DNA of 64,000 bases from Verrucomicrobiota bacterium (GTDB lineage Bacteria; Verrucomicrobiota; Kiritimatiellia; CAIQIC01). This document shows, piece after piece, positions 37,842 to 46,518 of this stretch. Numbering within the stretch: the stretch's first letter is position 1; each line of letters starts with the position of its first letter. Made by a program: the position numbers and the translations under genes. A model generated the notes under the pieces. It had not been told where the DNA came from. It saw only the letters and a list, made by a program, of their open reading frames with translations, and ran no database searches. The stretch lies in NCBI GenBank assembly GCA_004321905.1, contig SCQF01000053.1, positions 39,192 through 103,191 of the forward strand. Direction: 5' to 3'.

Positions 37842-38822
37842 ATGGTACGTTCGTTTATTTTCAGCCAAGGCAAGCTGGTCAGCCAAGACCCCGGTTTGGA
37901 TGTGTTGCGGCTGGTGCTCTACGACGAAGATGCGCAAATCTGGGTGGATTTGGAAAACCCGACCGAACAGGAAACCAAGGACCTGCTGGAAGGCGTTTTC
38001 AGTTTTCATCCGCTGGCCATCGAGGACTGCGTGACCTTGAGCGAACGGCCCAAGGCCGATGAATACGAGAACTATGTGTTCATGGTCATTCACTGCGTGG
38101 CCTATGATGCCGCCAAACGCGACATCTGCGCCACCGAGTTGAATATGTTCATCGGAAAAAACTTTCTGGTCACCTACCATCGCGAACCGATGCGCAGTGT
38201 CACGGCGACCATTGAGCGCGTACAGAAGAACGCGCCGCTGGTCGCCCGCGCGCCCGACCGCCTGACCTACCATTTGCTCGACGCCCTGTTCGAGCAGTAT
38301 GAACCCGGCTTGCAATCATTAGCATTGGATCTTGAGCAGTTGGAGGAACGCGTGTTGACCGCGCCGAGCACTGATATCGTTGGCGATGTGGTTGCGCTCA
38401 AAGGCGTGGTACAAAAATTAAGGCAAGTCGTCCTGCCGCAGCGCGAAGTCATCGCCCGCGTGGCCCACGGCGAGTTCAAGATTGTGCGCGTCCATTTGTT
38501 GCCCTATTTCCGCGATCTGCTCGACCGACTCGCGCATCTCAACGATGTGGCTGATAACTATCGCGAGGCGTTGACCGGGATTTTGCAGGTGCATCTCAAT
38601 TTACAGCAAATGCAGATCAACCAGATCATCAAAGTGCTGACCGTACTGGCAACCCTTTCACTACCGATTCTGGCGGTCACCAGTTTCTATGGCATGAACA
38701 TCAGGCACATGCCGAATACCGAATGGCCTTCGTGGGAATATGCCTATATTTGGATTCTCGGCATGGTCATCCTCTGGACCGCACTCATCTGGTGGTGGAT
38801 CAAGAAAAAAGGCTGGTACTAG
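37842..38822 (+). CDS. corA: CorA Mg2+/Co2+ transporter
   Basis: FHPLAIEDC, YFRDLLD, YGMN motif and two C-terminal TMs. Confidence 0.93.
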   Translation: MVRSFIFSQGKLVSQDPGLDVLRLVLYDEDAQIWVDLENPTEQETKDLLEGVFSFHPLAIEDCVTLSERPKADEYENYVFMVIHCVAYDAAKRDICATELNMFIGKNFLVTYHREPMRSVTATIERVQKNAPLVARAPDRLTYHLLDALFEQYEPGLQSLALDLEQLEERVLTAPSTDIVGDVVALKGVVQKLRQVVLPQREVIARVAHGEFKIVRVHLLPYFRDLLDRLAHLNDVADNYREALTGILQVHLNLQQMQINQIIKVLTVLATLSLPILAVTSFYGMNIRHMPNTEWPSWEYAYIWILGMVILWTALIWWWIKKKGWY

Positions 38823-38877
38823 GCGCGGTCGGTTTTCTTCGTCCGCAGTAGGATGGTAGCCAACAACGTGGTGGAAT

Positions 38878-38892
38878 CTCCAAGGGTTGGAA
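38878..38892. repeat. TTCCAA-N3-TTGGAA palindrome, single
   Basis: CTCCAAGGGTTGGAA. Confidence 0.6.
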
Positions 38893-38906
38893 GCGGCAAT
38901 CCGGCG

Positions 38907-38951
38907 TTGGTAGTCGCCCTTGTTGGCATCAAGGCTACCGAACAGGCCGGC
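38907..38951 (-). pseudogene. Possible xylose isomerase (XylA) relic
   Basis: 15 codons read AGLFGSLDANKGDYQ, matching the class II XylA motif GxxGSIDANRGD. Confidence 0.45.
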
Positions 38952-39024
38952 ACAACGCAGACACTCGCGGATGGTTATGCCGTTGATTTTCTGGACGGAA
39001 TTATACCACTTGAAGGCCAGTGGG

Positions 39025-39072
39025 TTCCTGGACTTGGGACCTACGAAAGCGATTTTTCCAATCTTGGGGAAA
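39025..39072. repeat. Degenerate palindrome pair
   Basis: TTCCTGGACTTGGGA and TTTTTCCAATCTTGGGGAAA, ~31 bp apart. Confidence 0.5.
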
Positions 39073-39121
39073 TATCACGATGGCCGATGACGGGTTGCAG
39101 GCCACCGCCACTGATGGTCCA

Positions 39122-40513
39122 TTACTCAATACCCAGCTCTTGCTGGATTTTTTCCAGCGTGATCCCTTTGGTTTCCGGCATAACGAGGATAACCCAGAAC
39201 AGTTGTCCCACCATGAACAGCGCATAGCAGGCGAAGGCCATCCAGCCGGCGGCTGCCGCAATCATGGGGAACGTCCATGAAATAACGGCATTCATGCCCC
39301 AATGGGTAAAACTACCCAACGCCTGACCGCGGGCGCGTACGCGATTCGGAAAGATTTCGCTGATGAACACCCAGATTACCGCGCCCTGCCCGAAGCCGTG
39401 GGCCGCGATAAAGACCAACAGGCTCCCCAAAAGCAGCCTGCCGTTACCCCCCGTATAGAAGGCGTAGGCCGCGCCGCACAAGCCGATGATGTAACCGATG
39501 GAACCCAGCAGCATCAAACGACGCCGTCCAACGTGGTCAATGATCACCAAGGCGGCCATGGTGAAGACCATCATGGTGAACCCGATAATCACCGATTGCA
39601 ACAGGGCCGACTCCACCCCGGCGCCTGCCATTTTGAAAATCGTGGGGGTGTAATAGAGCACCGCATTGATGCCGGAAAGCTGATTGAACGCTCCCATCGC
39701 CACCGCGAGGAGGATCGGTTTGAGGTATTTCTTGCAATAGAAGGGTTCCTGCATGGTGTGGTGTGTGAGATCCAACGAGGCTTGGATGTCCTTGATTTCA
39801 TCTTCCAAGTTGTCCGCGTCGGCACCGCATTGCTCCAGCACGCCACGCGCTTCATCCACCCGTTGTTTGGCGATGAGCCAACGTGGACTTTGCGGTGTGA
39901 AGAACAGCAGGAAGAAAAAGGCCGCGGCGGGGAGCGCCTGCACCCCGTACATCCAGCGGTACTGCAACTCACCGAGCATGGCGCCAGCCAAGCTGCTAAT
40001 CAAATAGTTGGAGAGGTAGGCCAGCAGAATGCCGAAGACTACGTTGAATTGTGTGACGGCCACCAACCGTCCGCGATATTTGGCCGGCGAAATTTCTGCA
40101 ATGTACATTGGCGAAACCACCGATGCACCGCCGACGGCCAAACCACCGAGAAAGCGGGAGATGAGGAAGGACCACCAGCTCCACGCTAACGCACAACCGA
40201 TGGCGGATATGAAATAAAACGCCGCCAAAACGAACAGGATGCTACGCCGACCAAACGCATCGGAGGGGCGCCCCACCGCGAGCGAGCCGATGATGGTGCC
40301 AATCAAGGCACTGGCTACCGTAAAACCCAGCAAAAAGGACGATAGCTGCCCTTCAGCGATGGTCGGAAAACTGGACTGTAGCTCGTGCGTGATTTGGGCC
40401 ACAAACCCCGTTTTGAGCCAATCCGTCGTCCCCGAAATAACCGCTGTATCAAATCCAAAGAGCAACCCGCCTAAAGCCGCAATGATCGTTATGCCAAGTA
40501 ATTTCCATTTCAT
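39122..40513 (-). CDS. MFS sugar porter
   Basis: AALGGLLFGFDTAVISG, DAFGRR, YIAEISPAKYRG, NQLSGINAVLYY, SEIFPNRVR, PETKG. Confidence 0.94.
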   Translation of the reverse strand: MKWKLLGITIIAALGGLLFGFDTAVISGTTDWLKTGFVAQITHELQSSFPTIAEGQLSSFLLGFTVASALIGTIIGSLAVGRPSDAFGRRSILFVLAAFYFISAIGCALAWSWWSFLISRFLGGLAVGGASVVSPMYIAEISPAKYRGRLVAVTQFNVVFGILLAYLSNYLISSLAGAMLGELQYRWMYGVQALPAAAFFFLLFFTPQSPRWLIAKQRVDEARGVLEQCGADADNLEDEIKDIQASLDLTHHTMQEPFYCKKYLKPILLAVAMGAFNQLSGINAVLYYTPTIFKMAGAGVESALLQSVIIGFTMMVFTMAALVIIDHVGRRRLMLLGSIGYIIGLCGAAYAFYTGGNGRLLLGSLLVFIAAHGFGQGAVIWVFISEIFPNRVRARGQALGSFTHWGMNAVISWTFPMIAAAAGWMAFACYALFMVGQLFWVILVMPETKGITLEKIQQELGIE

Positions 40514-40548
40514 GATGCTTCCTTGTTACTGGTAATTATTTCGATGCT

Positions 40549-40613
40549 TTTACCTGCTTCTGCGTGTGATTCCCAGAGACAAATTTGCGGCAGATCAGCG
40601 CCATTTTGCGCCA
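40549..40613 (-). promoter_or_regulatory. Putative AraC/XylR-type operator-promoter
   Basis: TGGCGCAAAATGGC...TGCCGCAAATTTGTC with 21-bp period, between the divergent MFS and regulator genes. Confidence 0.65.
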
Positions 40614-40681
40614 AAGTGGCTGGTGGTCAAACTTGCGCGCTTGCGTCAGCAATCCGACCCTGCCAAACTGCGTCGGTAAAC

Positions 40682-41854
40682 ATGATGCAATTGCCGCATA
40701 TTGCCGTTTTATTGGAGACTTCAATCGAATATGGACGGGGGCTGCTCCGTGGGATTGCGCGCTACTCACAACTGCACGGACCATGGTCGCTTTTAATTCT
40801 GCCCGGCGGTATGGATCAACAACTTCCCGCCCCAAGCTCACCCGGCTTTTCTGGAGTGATCGCCCGAATCTCGACACCAGCCCTGGCTCGGGCATTAAAA
40901 AAGAACGGCGTGCCCGTTGTGGCACTAGGGGCCTCCACGGACGAGATGGCGGCCGCCATTGCGCATTGCGGTTTTAGCGAATTACAAACCGAAGATGTCG
41001 CCATTGCGCGATTGGCCGCGGCGCATCTGATCGAGCGCGGATTCCGACATTTCGCGTTTTGCGGCTTTCCGTGCTGCCCGTGGTCACGAATCCGCGAGCA
41101 AACGTTTGCCGAGACCATTCGTAAACACGGGTTCCGTTGTGAAATTCTCGATGCCACCACGACCGCTTCAGGGCGGGTTTGGGAACATCGTCCCGCGCGG
41201 CTTTCGGCCTGGCTCAAGTCGCTACCGCACCCGGTCGGGATCATGGCGTGCAATGACGTGTGCGGCTGCGAGGTCTTGCAGGCTTGCAGTCTGGCCGGTC
41301 TGCGCGTGCCGGAGGAGGTTGCGGTTGTGGGTGCGGATAACGACGAACTGTTGTGCGAGACCGCTGCCACGCCACTGTCCAGCGTAACCTTTGACCTCGT
41401 AAAAACCGGTTACGAAGCCGCAGCGTTGTTAGGGCGGTTAATGCGGTCACCCGCGCCCCGCCAGCGGCAGATTATTCCTGTTAAACCGTTGCATGTGGTG
41501 GTGCGGCGTTCCAGTGATGTACTGGCCCAGAACGATCCGGTGGTCGCCTTGGCTTTGAGCTTTATCCGCGACCATGCGGGCCGGAATATTGGGGTACCCG
41601 ATGTGATCCAAGCCACCGGTCTCGCGCGGCGAACGCTCGAACGCCGGTTCAGCCAATACGTGGGACATTCCGTCCACACGGAAATTATTCGATGCCGTTT
41701 GGAACGCGCCAAGCGTTTGCTCCGCGAAACCGGCCTACCCATCTACCGCGTCGCCGAAGAAGCCGGTTTCGGTGAACTGCGCACCATGAATCGCGCCTTT
41801 CTACAGCACGATGACCGTCCACCTGGGTACTATCGTGCAAGATCAGACAGCTAA
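40682..41854 (+). CDS. XylR-type regulator (periplasmic-binding-fold sensor plus AraC HTH)
   Basis: YGRGLLRGIARY, GFRHFAFCG, GIMACND, VPEEVAVVGADND, RRTLERRF...AKRLL. Confidence 0.9.
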   Translation: MMQLPHIAVLLETSIEYGRGLLRGIARYSQLHGPWSLLILPGGMDQQLPAPSSPGFSGVIARISTPALARALKKNGVPVVALGASTDEMAAAIAHCGFSELQTEDVAIARLAAAHLIERGFRHFAFCGFPCCPWSRIREQTFAETIRKHGFRCEILDATTTASGRVWEHRPARLSAWLKSLPHPVGIMACNDVCGCEVLQACSLAGLRVPEEVAVVGADNDELLCETAATPLSSVTFDLVKTGYEAAALLGRLMRSPAPRQRQIIPVKPLHVVVRRSSDVLAQNDPVVALALSFIRDHAGRNIGVPDVIQATGLARRTLERRFSQYVGHSVHTEIIRCRLERAKRLLRETGLPIYRVAEEAGFGELRTMNRAFLQHDDRPPGYYRARSDS

Positions 41855-43371
41855 AGCTGCGGGAATATCGCGCGCAGGGTTGGATAGAGCTGACGGTAGA
41901 TCACATGGCGTTTAGTGTAGAAACGCGCAGATTTTGCGCTTGGCCGCAGCCGCTCCCGGACCGTCAGTGTTTGACGGCATGCCGCCGGTACACTCGGCCA
42001 AAGGCCGACACCGACACCACCGAGTAACGCGGCACCATAGGCCGCGGCATTCGGCGAATCCACGGTACAGGTTGTGGCGTTATAAATGTCGGTCTGTAGC
42101 TGTCGCCAAAAACGACTCTTGGCCCCGCCACCACCACAACGGACTTCACTGACCTTCACGCCAAGCTCACGCATCAACATCACTTGATCAGCCATGCCGA
42201 AGGTGACCCCTTCCATCACCGCGCGTGCCATGGCGGCGCGACCGTGACGGCGGCTCAATCCGATCCAGCCGGCCCGCGCCATTGGATCAGCGTGTGGGCA
42301 GCGCTCGCCATCAAGATAAGGCAGAAAAAACAAGCCTTCGCATCCGGGCGGTACACGCGCTAGTTCGGCATTCATCAAATCAAAGACGTTGCGAGATTTT
42401 GGTCGCGCATCGGCATAAAGCAAAGCTTTGGCCCACTCGAACGAACCACCAGCGGAGAGCATACAGCCGAAGACACACCACTTGCCCGGTACAGCATGAC
42501 AGAAACTTTGCAACACGCCGGCAGGGTTTGGCACCATTTTTTCGGCGTGCGCAAAAATGACACCGCTCGTCCCGAGCGTTGCCGAGACGATGCCCTCCTC
42601 CACCACACCCATGCCAACCGCGCCGGCGGGCTGGTCGCCCGCGCCACCAACCACCGGGATACCAGTGACAAGGCCTAACGCTTGCGCCGCCTCTGCGTTC
42701 AACGTACCGGTGACCTCAGGAGATTCATAGAGTTTTGGGAAAAGCTTCGCGTCAAGGTCGAGCTTGCGGAGCAGTGGCGCGCTCCAGCAGCGGTTTTTCA
42801 CGTCGAGCAGTAGCGTGCCCGCGGCGTCGGAGAACTCGGAGGCATAGTCACCGGTCAGCAGATAGCGGATGTAATCCTTAGGCAGTAGCACCTGCCGGAG
42901 TTGCGGGAACCGTTTCGGCTCGTTATCGCGCAGCCAGAGAATTTTCGGTGCCGTGAAGCCCGTCAGTGCAACGTTATTAACCAACGCGATGAGGCCTTTG
43001 GCGCCGCCGGCCGCTGCGGTAATGTCCGCGCACTGCTGGGCGGTGCGTTGGTCGTTCCAGAGCAGCGCGTTGCGCAGCACCTTGCCGCGCTCGTCAAGGA
43101 AGACGCTGCCGTGCATCTGACCGGAAAGACCGATGCCGGCAACTTCAGATGGCCTGAGGCCTGACTGACTCATGACGGCACGGCTGGTTTTGATCGTCGC
43201 CTGCCACCAGTCGGAAGGTGACTGTTCATTCCAACCAGGCTTGGGCGAGTGGAGCGGATAGGCCGCTGTCGCCTCCGCCACGATCCGGCCATTGGCCGCA
43301 ACCAGCAGCGTTTTGGTACTGCTGGTACCGATATCAACACCAAGCACAACGGGTTGTTTTTTCATGACCAT
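41851..43371 (-). CDS. xylB: Xylulokinase (FGGY family)
   Basis: LGVDIGTSSTK, GLSGQMHG, LWNDQRT, GAGDQPAGA, FLPYLDGERCP, GGGAKS. Confidence 0.88.
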   Translation of the reverse strand: MVMKKQPVVLGVDIGTSSTKTLLVAANGRIVAEATAAYPLHSPKPGWNEQSPSDWWQATIKTSRAVMSQSGLRPSEVAGIGLSGQMHGSVFLDERGKVLRNALLWNDQRTAQQCADITAAAGGAKGLIALVNNVALTGFTAPKILWLRDNEPKRFPQLRQVLLPKDYIRYLLTGDYASEFSDAAGTLLLDVKNRCWSAPLLRKLDLDAKLFPKLYESPEVTGTLNAEAAQALGLVTGIPVVGGAGDQPAGAVGMGVVEEGIVSATLGTSGVIFAHAEKMVPNPAGVLQSFCHAVPGKWCVFGCMLSAGGSFEWAKALLYADARPKSRNVFDLMNAELARVPPGCEGLFFLPYLDGERCPHADPMARAGWIGLSRRHGRAAMARAVMEGVTFGMADQVMLMRELGVKVSEVRCGGGGAKSRFWRQLQTDIYNATTCTVDSPNAAAYGAALLGGVGVGLWPSVPAACRQTLTVRERLRPSAKSARFYTKRHVIYRQLYPTLRAIFPQL

Positions 43372-43372
43372 C

Positions 43373-43406
43373 AAAAAAATGGGCTGGCGTATTTCGCCAG
43401 CCCATT
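43373..43406 (-). terminator. Rho-independent terminator of fba
   Basis: AATGGGCTGGCG-aaata-CGCCAGCCCATT followed by a T-run on the minus strand. Confidence 0.85.
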
Positions 43407-43442
43407 CATCAGTCGTATTGAACGTATCCGTTCACACGTGCT

Positions 43443-44396
43443 TTATTTTTTTGCAATAAAGGCACGAACGGCGTCGAGCTGCCCCGCGCTGCCAAGTTTC
43501 ACGTTCTTCGCGGCGATGAACTTGGCGTATTCCTTCATGAACACCTTTCCCGGAGGACGCAAGTCGAAGTTCGCCGGATCATCGCGGAACGCTTCGCGAT
43601 GCACGCGGCACCACACCAGGCGACCGTCGGTATCAATGTTGATCTTGGTCACGCCCAATGTGGCGGCGCGCTTGAACTCGTCGGCATTCACGCCCTTGGC
43701 GCCCTTGAGTTGGCCGCCGGCGGCGTTGATGCGCGCGACTTCGTCCTGCGGTACGCTGCTGGAGCCGTGCATGACCAGCGGGAAACCGGGTAGGCGCTTC
43801 TGGATTTCGGCGAGTACGTCGAAGTGCAAGCCCTGCGAGCCGCTGAACTTGAAGGCGCCGTGGCTGGTGCCGATCGCGCAGGCGAGGCTGTCGCAGCCGC
43901 TCTGCTTGACGAAAATTTCGGCTTCCTTCGGGTCGGTGAGGTGCGCATCGGCCTCGTTGACTGAAACGTGCTCCTCAACGCCGCCAAGCTTGCCGAGTTC
44001 CGCCTCGACCACGAGACCCTTGGCGTGGGCCGCATCCACGACGCGCTTGGTGATCTCAATGTTTTTTTGCAGCGGCTCCGCGCTGGCGTCAATCATCACG
44101 GAGCTATAGAACCCGCTGTTGATGCAATCCATGCAGGTCGCTTCGTCACCATGATCCAAGTGCACGGCGAAGATCGCGTCCGGGAAAATCTCGTTGGCCG
44201 TCTTGGTCATGGCCTCGAGCATTTTCTTGTTCGTATAGGAGCGCGCACCCTTGGAAAGCTGGATGATGAACGGCGCTTTGCTGTCCACGTTGCCCTGAAA
44301 CAGCCCCATGGTTTGCTCCAGGTTGTTGATGTTATAAGCCCCAATCGCATATTTGCCATAGGCATGCTGGAAGAGCTGTTTGGTTGTAACGATCAT
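43443..44396 (-). CDS. fba: Class II fructose-bisphosphate aldolase
   Basis: VHLDHG, SSVMIDAS, VEAELG, AIGTSHGAFK, LVMHGSS, KINIDTD. Confidence 0.96.
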   Translation of the reverse strand: MIVTTKQLFQHAYGKYAIGAYNINNLEQTMGLFQGNVDSKAPFIIQLSKGARSYTNKKMLEAMTKTANEIFPDAIFAVHLDHGDEATCMDCINSGFYSSVMIDASAEPLQKNIEITKRVVDAAHAKGLVVEAELGKLGGVEEHVSVNEADAHLTDPKEAEIFVKQSGCDSLACAIGTSHGAFKFSGSQGLHFDVLAEIQKRLPGFPLVMHGSSSVPQDEVARINAAGGQLKGAKGVNADEFKRAATLGVTKINIDTDGRLVWCRVHREAFRDDPANFDLRPPGKVFMKEYAKFIAAKNVKLGSAGQLDAVRAFIAKK

Positions 44397-44482
44397 GTAT
44401 TCCTTTCATTGCGACCCTATATCGCAAAAGCCTGCGGAAGCATAAGCAAAAAAGCCCCGCCGTCAAGCTCAGCGTCGGGAGC

Positions 44483-44531
44483 TTTTCCAAGCCTTGGAAA
44501 AACACGTTTCAATTTTCCAAGGTTTGGAAAA
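44483..44531. repeat. TTCCAA-N3-TTGGAA palindrome pair
   Basis: Cores at 44487 and 44517 (30 bp); abuts a stop codon. Confidence 0.9.
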
Positions 44532-44963
44532 TCAGCGCGGCGGAAACGCTGGCGGTCGGTCCGGCGGCAAACCGCGCGGTGGCGCGCCAGCGGCAAGGGG
44601 CGGATGGCGTTCCGCGACAAGCAGCCTGTATTTCTTTTGCTGCTCCGGTCGCAGAAGTTTTTTCATTTGCTGATCGGATTCGCGCAAAATCCGTTCGGAT
44701 TCGGGCGCGATGGTTTGTACGCGTAACCGCTCAAACTGTCGCCGCGTATCTTCCACAATGACGCGCACCAGCTTTTGTTGTGCCACATCCAAATCGAGGC
44801 GATGCGTCAAGTGCTGCACAATGAATTCGGCACCCGGCTGGATCGGCCCATGTAAGGCCTGACGGAAACGATGGGCCACGAAGCGGAAAGTCAGCAACGA
44901 CCCCGCGGCCATCCCCAGCAGAAAGACCACGAGAACACCCAGGATGATTTTTGTTTTATTCAT
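44532..44963 (-). CDS. Membrane-anchored periplasmic CpxP/Spy-like protein
   Basis: N-terminal TM, LDLDVAQQ and LLRPEQQKKY motifs; last gene of the ECF operon. Confidence 0.7.
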   Translation of the reverse strand: MNKTKIILGVLVVFLLGMAAGSLLTFRFVAHRFRQALHGPIQPGAEFIVQHLTHRLDLDVAQQKLVRVIVEDTRRQFERLRVQTIAPESERILRESDQQMKKLLRPEQQKKYRLLVAERHPPLAAGAPPRGLPPDRPPAFPPR

Positions 44964-45268
44964 GGCGTGGCACTCCCCGTCCAATGCGCGGCCAACGTTT
45001 GCTCCGTGGAAGCAATGGACACCCCTTGGGTAAAATCAGTTTCGGTGTTGTTCGGGGCCCACCAAGTCCACGCGGCCAATAGCAACACCAACGCGGCCAG
45101 CGCCGGCGCCAAGCGCCAACTCCACAGGCCCCACGCCGCGCCACGGTTCCGCTCATCCCGTAATCGCGCCAACAGGCGGGTCTCGAAACCGAACTCAACC
45201 GCCGCCGTATCCACCGGCGCGGCGCGCGCCGCGGCGAGCAGCTGATGCAGTTGTTCTTCGCTTTTCAT
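44960..45268 (-). CDS. Putative anti-sigma factor
   Basis: Small single-TM protein with FGFETRLLARLR, coupled (ATGA) to the ECF sigma gene. Confidence 0.7.
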   Translation of the reverse strand: MKSEEQLHQLLAAARAAPVDTAAVEFGFETRLLARLRDERNRGAAWGLWSWRLAPALAALVLLLAAWTWWAPNNTETDFTQGVSIASTEQTLAAHWTGSATP

Positions 45269-45807
45269 GATTGCCTCTCCAAAATCTTCCGCAAAGCCTG
45301 TCGCGCCCTAAACGCGCGGACTTTCACATTGCTCTCGCTCCAACCGGTCAGGTCCGCCACATCCTTCACGCTGCGCTCTTCCAATTCCAGCAGTGTAACC
45401 ACCAACCGCTCATCAGGCCGCAGTCGCGCCAGCGCTACCGCCACAATTTCCCGCGCTTGCTCCGGCGCGGGACTTTCCTTCGCCACCATATCCAAGTTTT
45501 CCAGCGGCGTCAGTACCGCGTCGCGGCGCACCCGCCGCAAATAGTCGTAACAAACCCGCACCGCAATCCGTATCAACCAATGTTCAAAGGGCGCGTCGTT
45601 TCGAAATCGCCGCAGATACCGCCACGCGTGTAAAAACGTTTCTTGTGCCAGATCGTCCAGCGCGTGGTGGTCGCGTGCAAAGCGAGCAGCCAAGCCGAGT
45701 ACCCGGCGCTTATGCCGCCCGACCAACACCGCGAACGCCCCGTCGTCGCCCGCGAGGGTCGCACAGACGAGGCGTTCATCGGTTGGCTCTTGTTGGGGCG
45801 CTGTCAT
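45265..45807 (-). CDS. ECF RNA polymerase sigma factor
   Basis: DDLAQETFLHAW, FEHWLIRIA, SVKDVADLTGWSESNVKVRAFRAR. Confidence 0.93.
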   Translation of the reverse strand: MTAPQQEPTDERLVCATLAGDDGAFAVLVGRHKRRVLGLAARFARDHHALDDLAQETFLHAWRYLRRFRNDAPFEHWLIRIAVRVCYDYLRRVRRDAVLTPLENLDMVAKESPAPEQAREIVAVALARLRPDERLVVTLLELEERSVKDVADLTGWSESNVKVRAFRARQALRKILERQS

Positions 45808-45819
45808 CGCGCCACAAGT

Positions 45820-46401
45820 TTACTGCTTTTCAGGCCGTTCGCCTACGGGCCCGTGTTCGTGCTCGGCTTTCATGCGGGCTTCCCGCTTCGCCTGCAGGTC
45901 TTTGGCCTTCTCCGCCTGTTCCGGCGTCAATATCGCGCGGATTTCCTGTCCAATCTTCGCCCGCGCCACGGCGGCATCGGCTTCCAATCCTGCCAGTTTG
46001 GCCACTTGGTCGCGAATGGCCTGCTCATCCAGCGTATCCGCCATAATGAGCTTTTGTAGCGCCTGCCGCTCCGGCCCGATCTTCTCCATCATGGCTTGCC
46101 CTTCGGCCTTATGCGACTCCATGATCTCCTTGACCTTGGCCTTCTGCTCGTCGGAGAGGTTGAGTTGCTCGAACACATAACCCATGACCTTCCGCCCAAT
46201 TTCTTCCCGTATACCCAGCGGGCCGGGGCCGTGCCGCATTTCACCACCACCCGGCCCCTCGTGCTTCTGGCACGTCGGACAGCCCTGCGGCTTCTTTGGT
46301 TCTGCACCAACCGCCTGATCATCTGCCGCACGCGCCACACCCACCAACCCCAGCGCCGCGACAACCGCCGCGGCCAACCACGTTTGTTTGTTTTTGTTCA
46401 T
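45820..46401 (-). CDS. Spy/CpxP-family periplasmic chaperone
   Basis: Signal peptide; LNLSDEQ and ILTPEQ (LTxxQ) motifs. Confidence 0.88.
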   Translation of the reverse strand: MNKNKQTWLAAAVVAALGLVGVARAADDQAVGAEPKKPQGCPTCQKHEGPGGGEMRHGPGPLGIREEIGRKVMGYVFEQLNLSDEQKAKVKEIMESHKAEGQAMMEKIGPERQALQKLIMADTLDEQAIRDQVAKLAGLEADAAVARAKIGQEIRAILTPEQAEKAKDLQAKREARMKAEHEHGPVGERPEKQ

Positions 46402-46454
46402 TGTAGGTCCCTTTCACCATCACCAGACGCCACCGGCCACCATTTGGTTACAAC

Positions 46455-46474
46455 TTTTTCCAAGCCTTGGAAAA
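46455..46474. repeat. TTCCAA-N3-TTGGAA palindrome, single
   Basis: TTTTTCCAAGCCTTGGAAAA just upstream of TTGACT-N17-TATTTT. Confidence 0.9.
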
Positions 46475-46518
46475 CCCTCGTGGTTGACTCGCCCCAGCGC
46501 TCCATCTATTTTGCCGCC

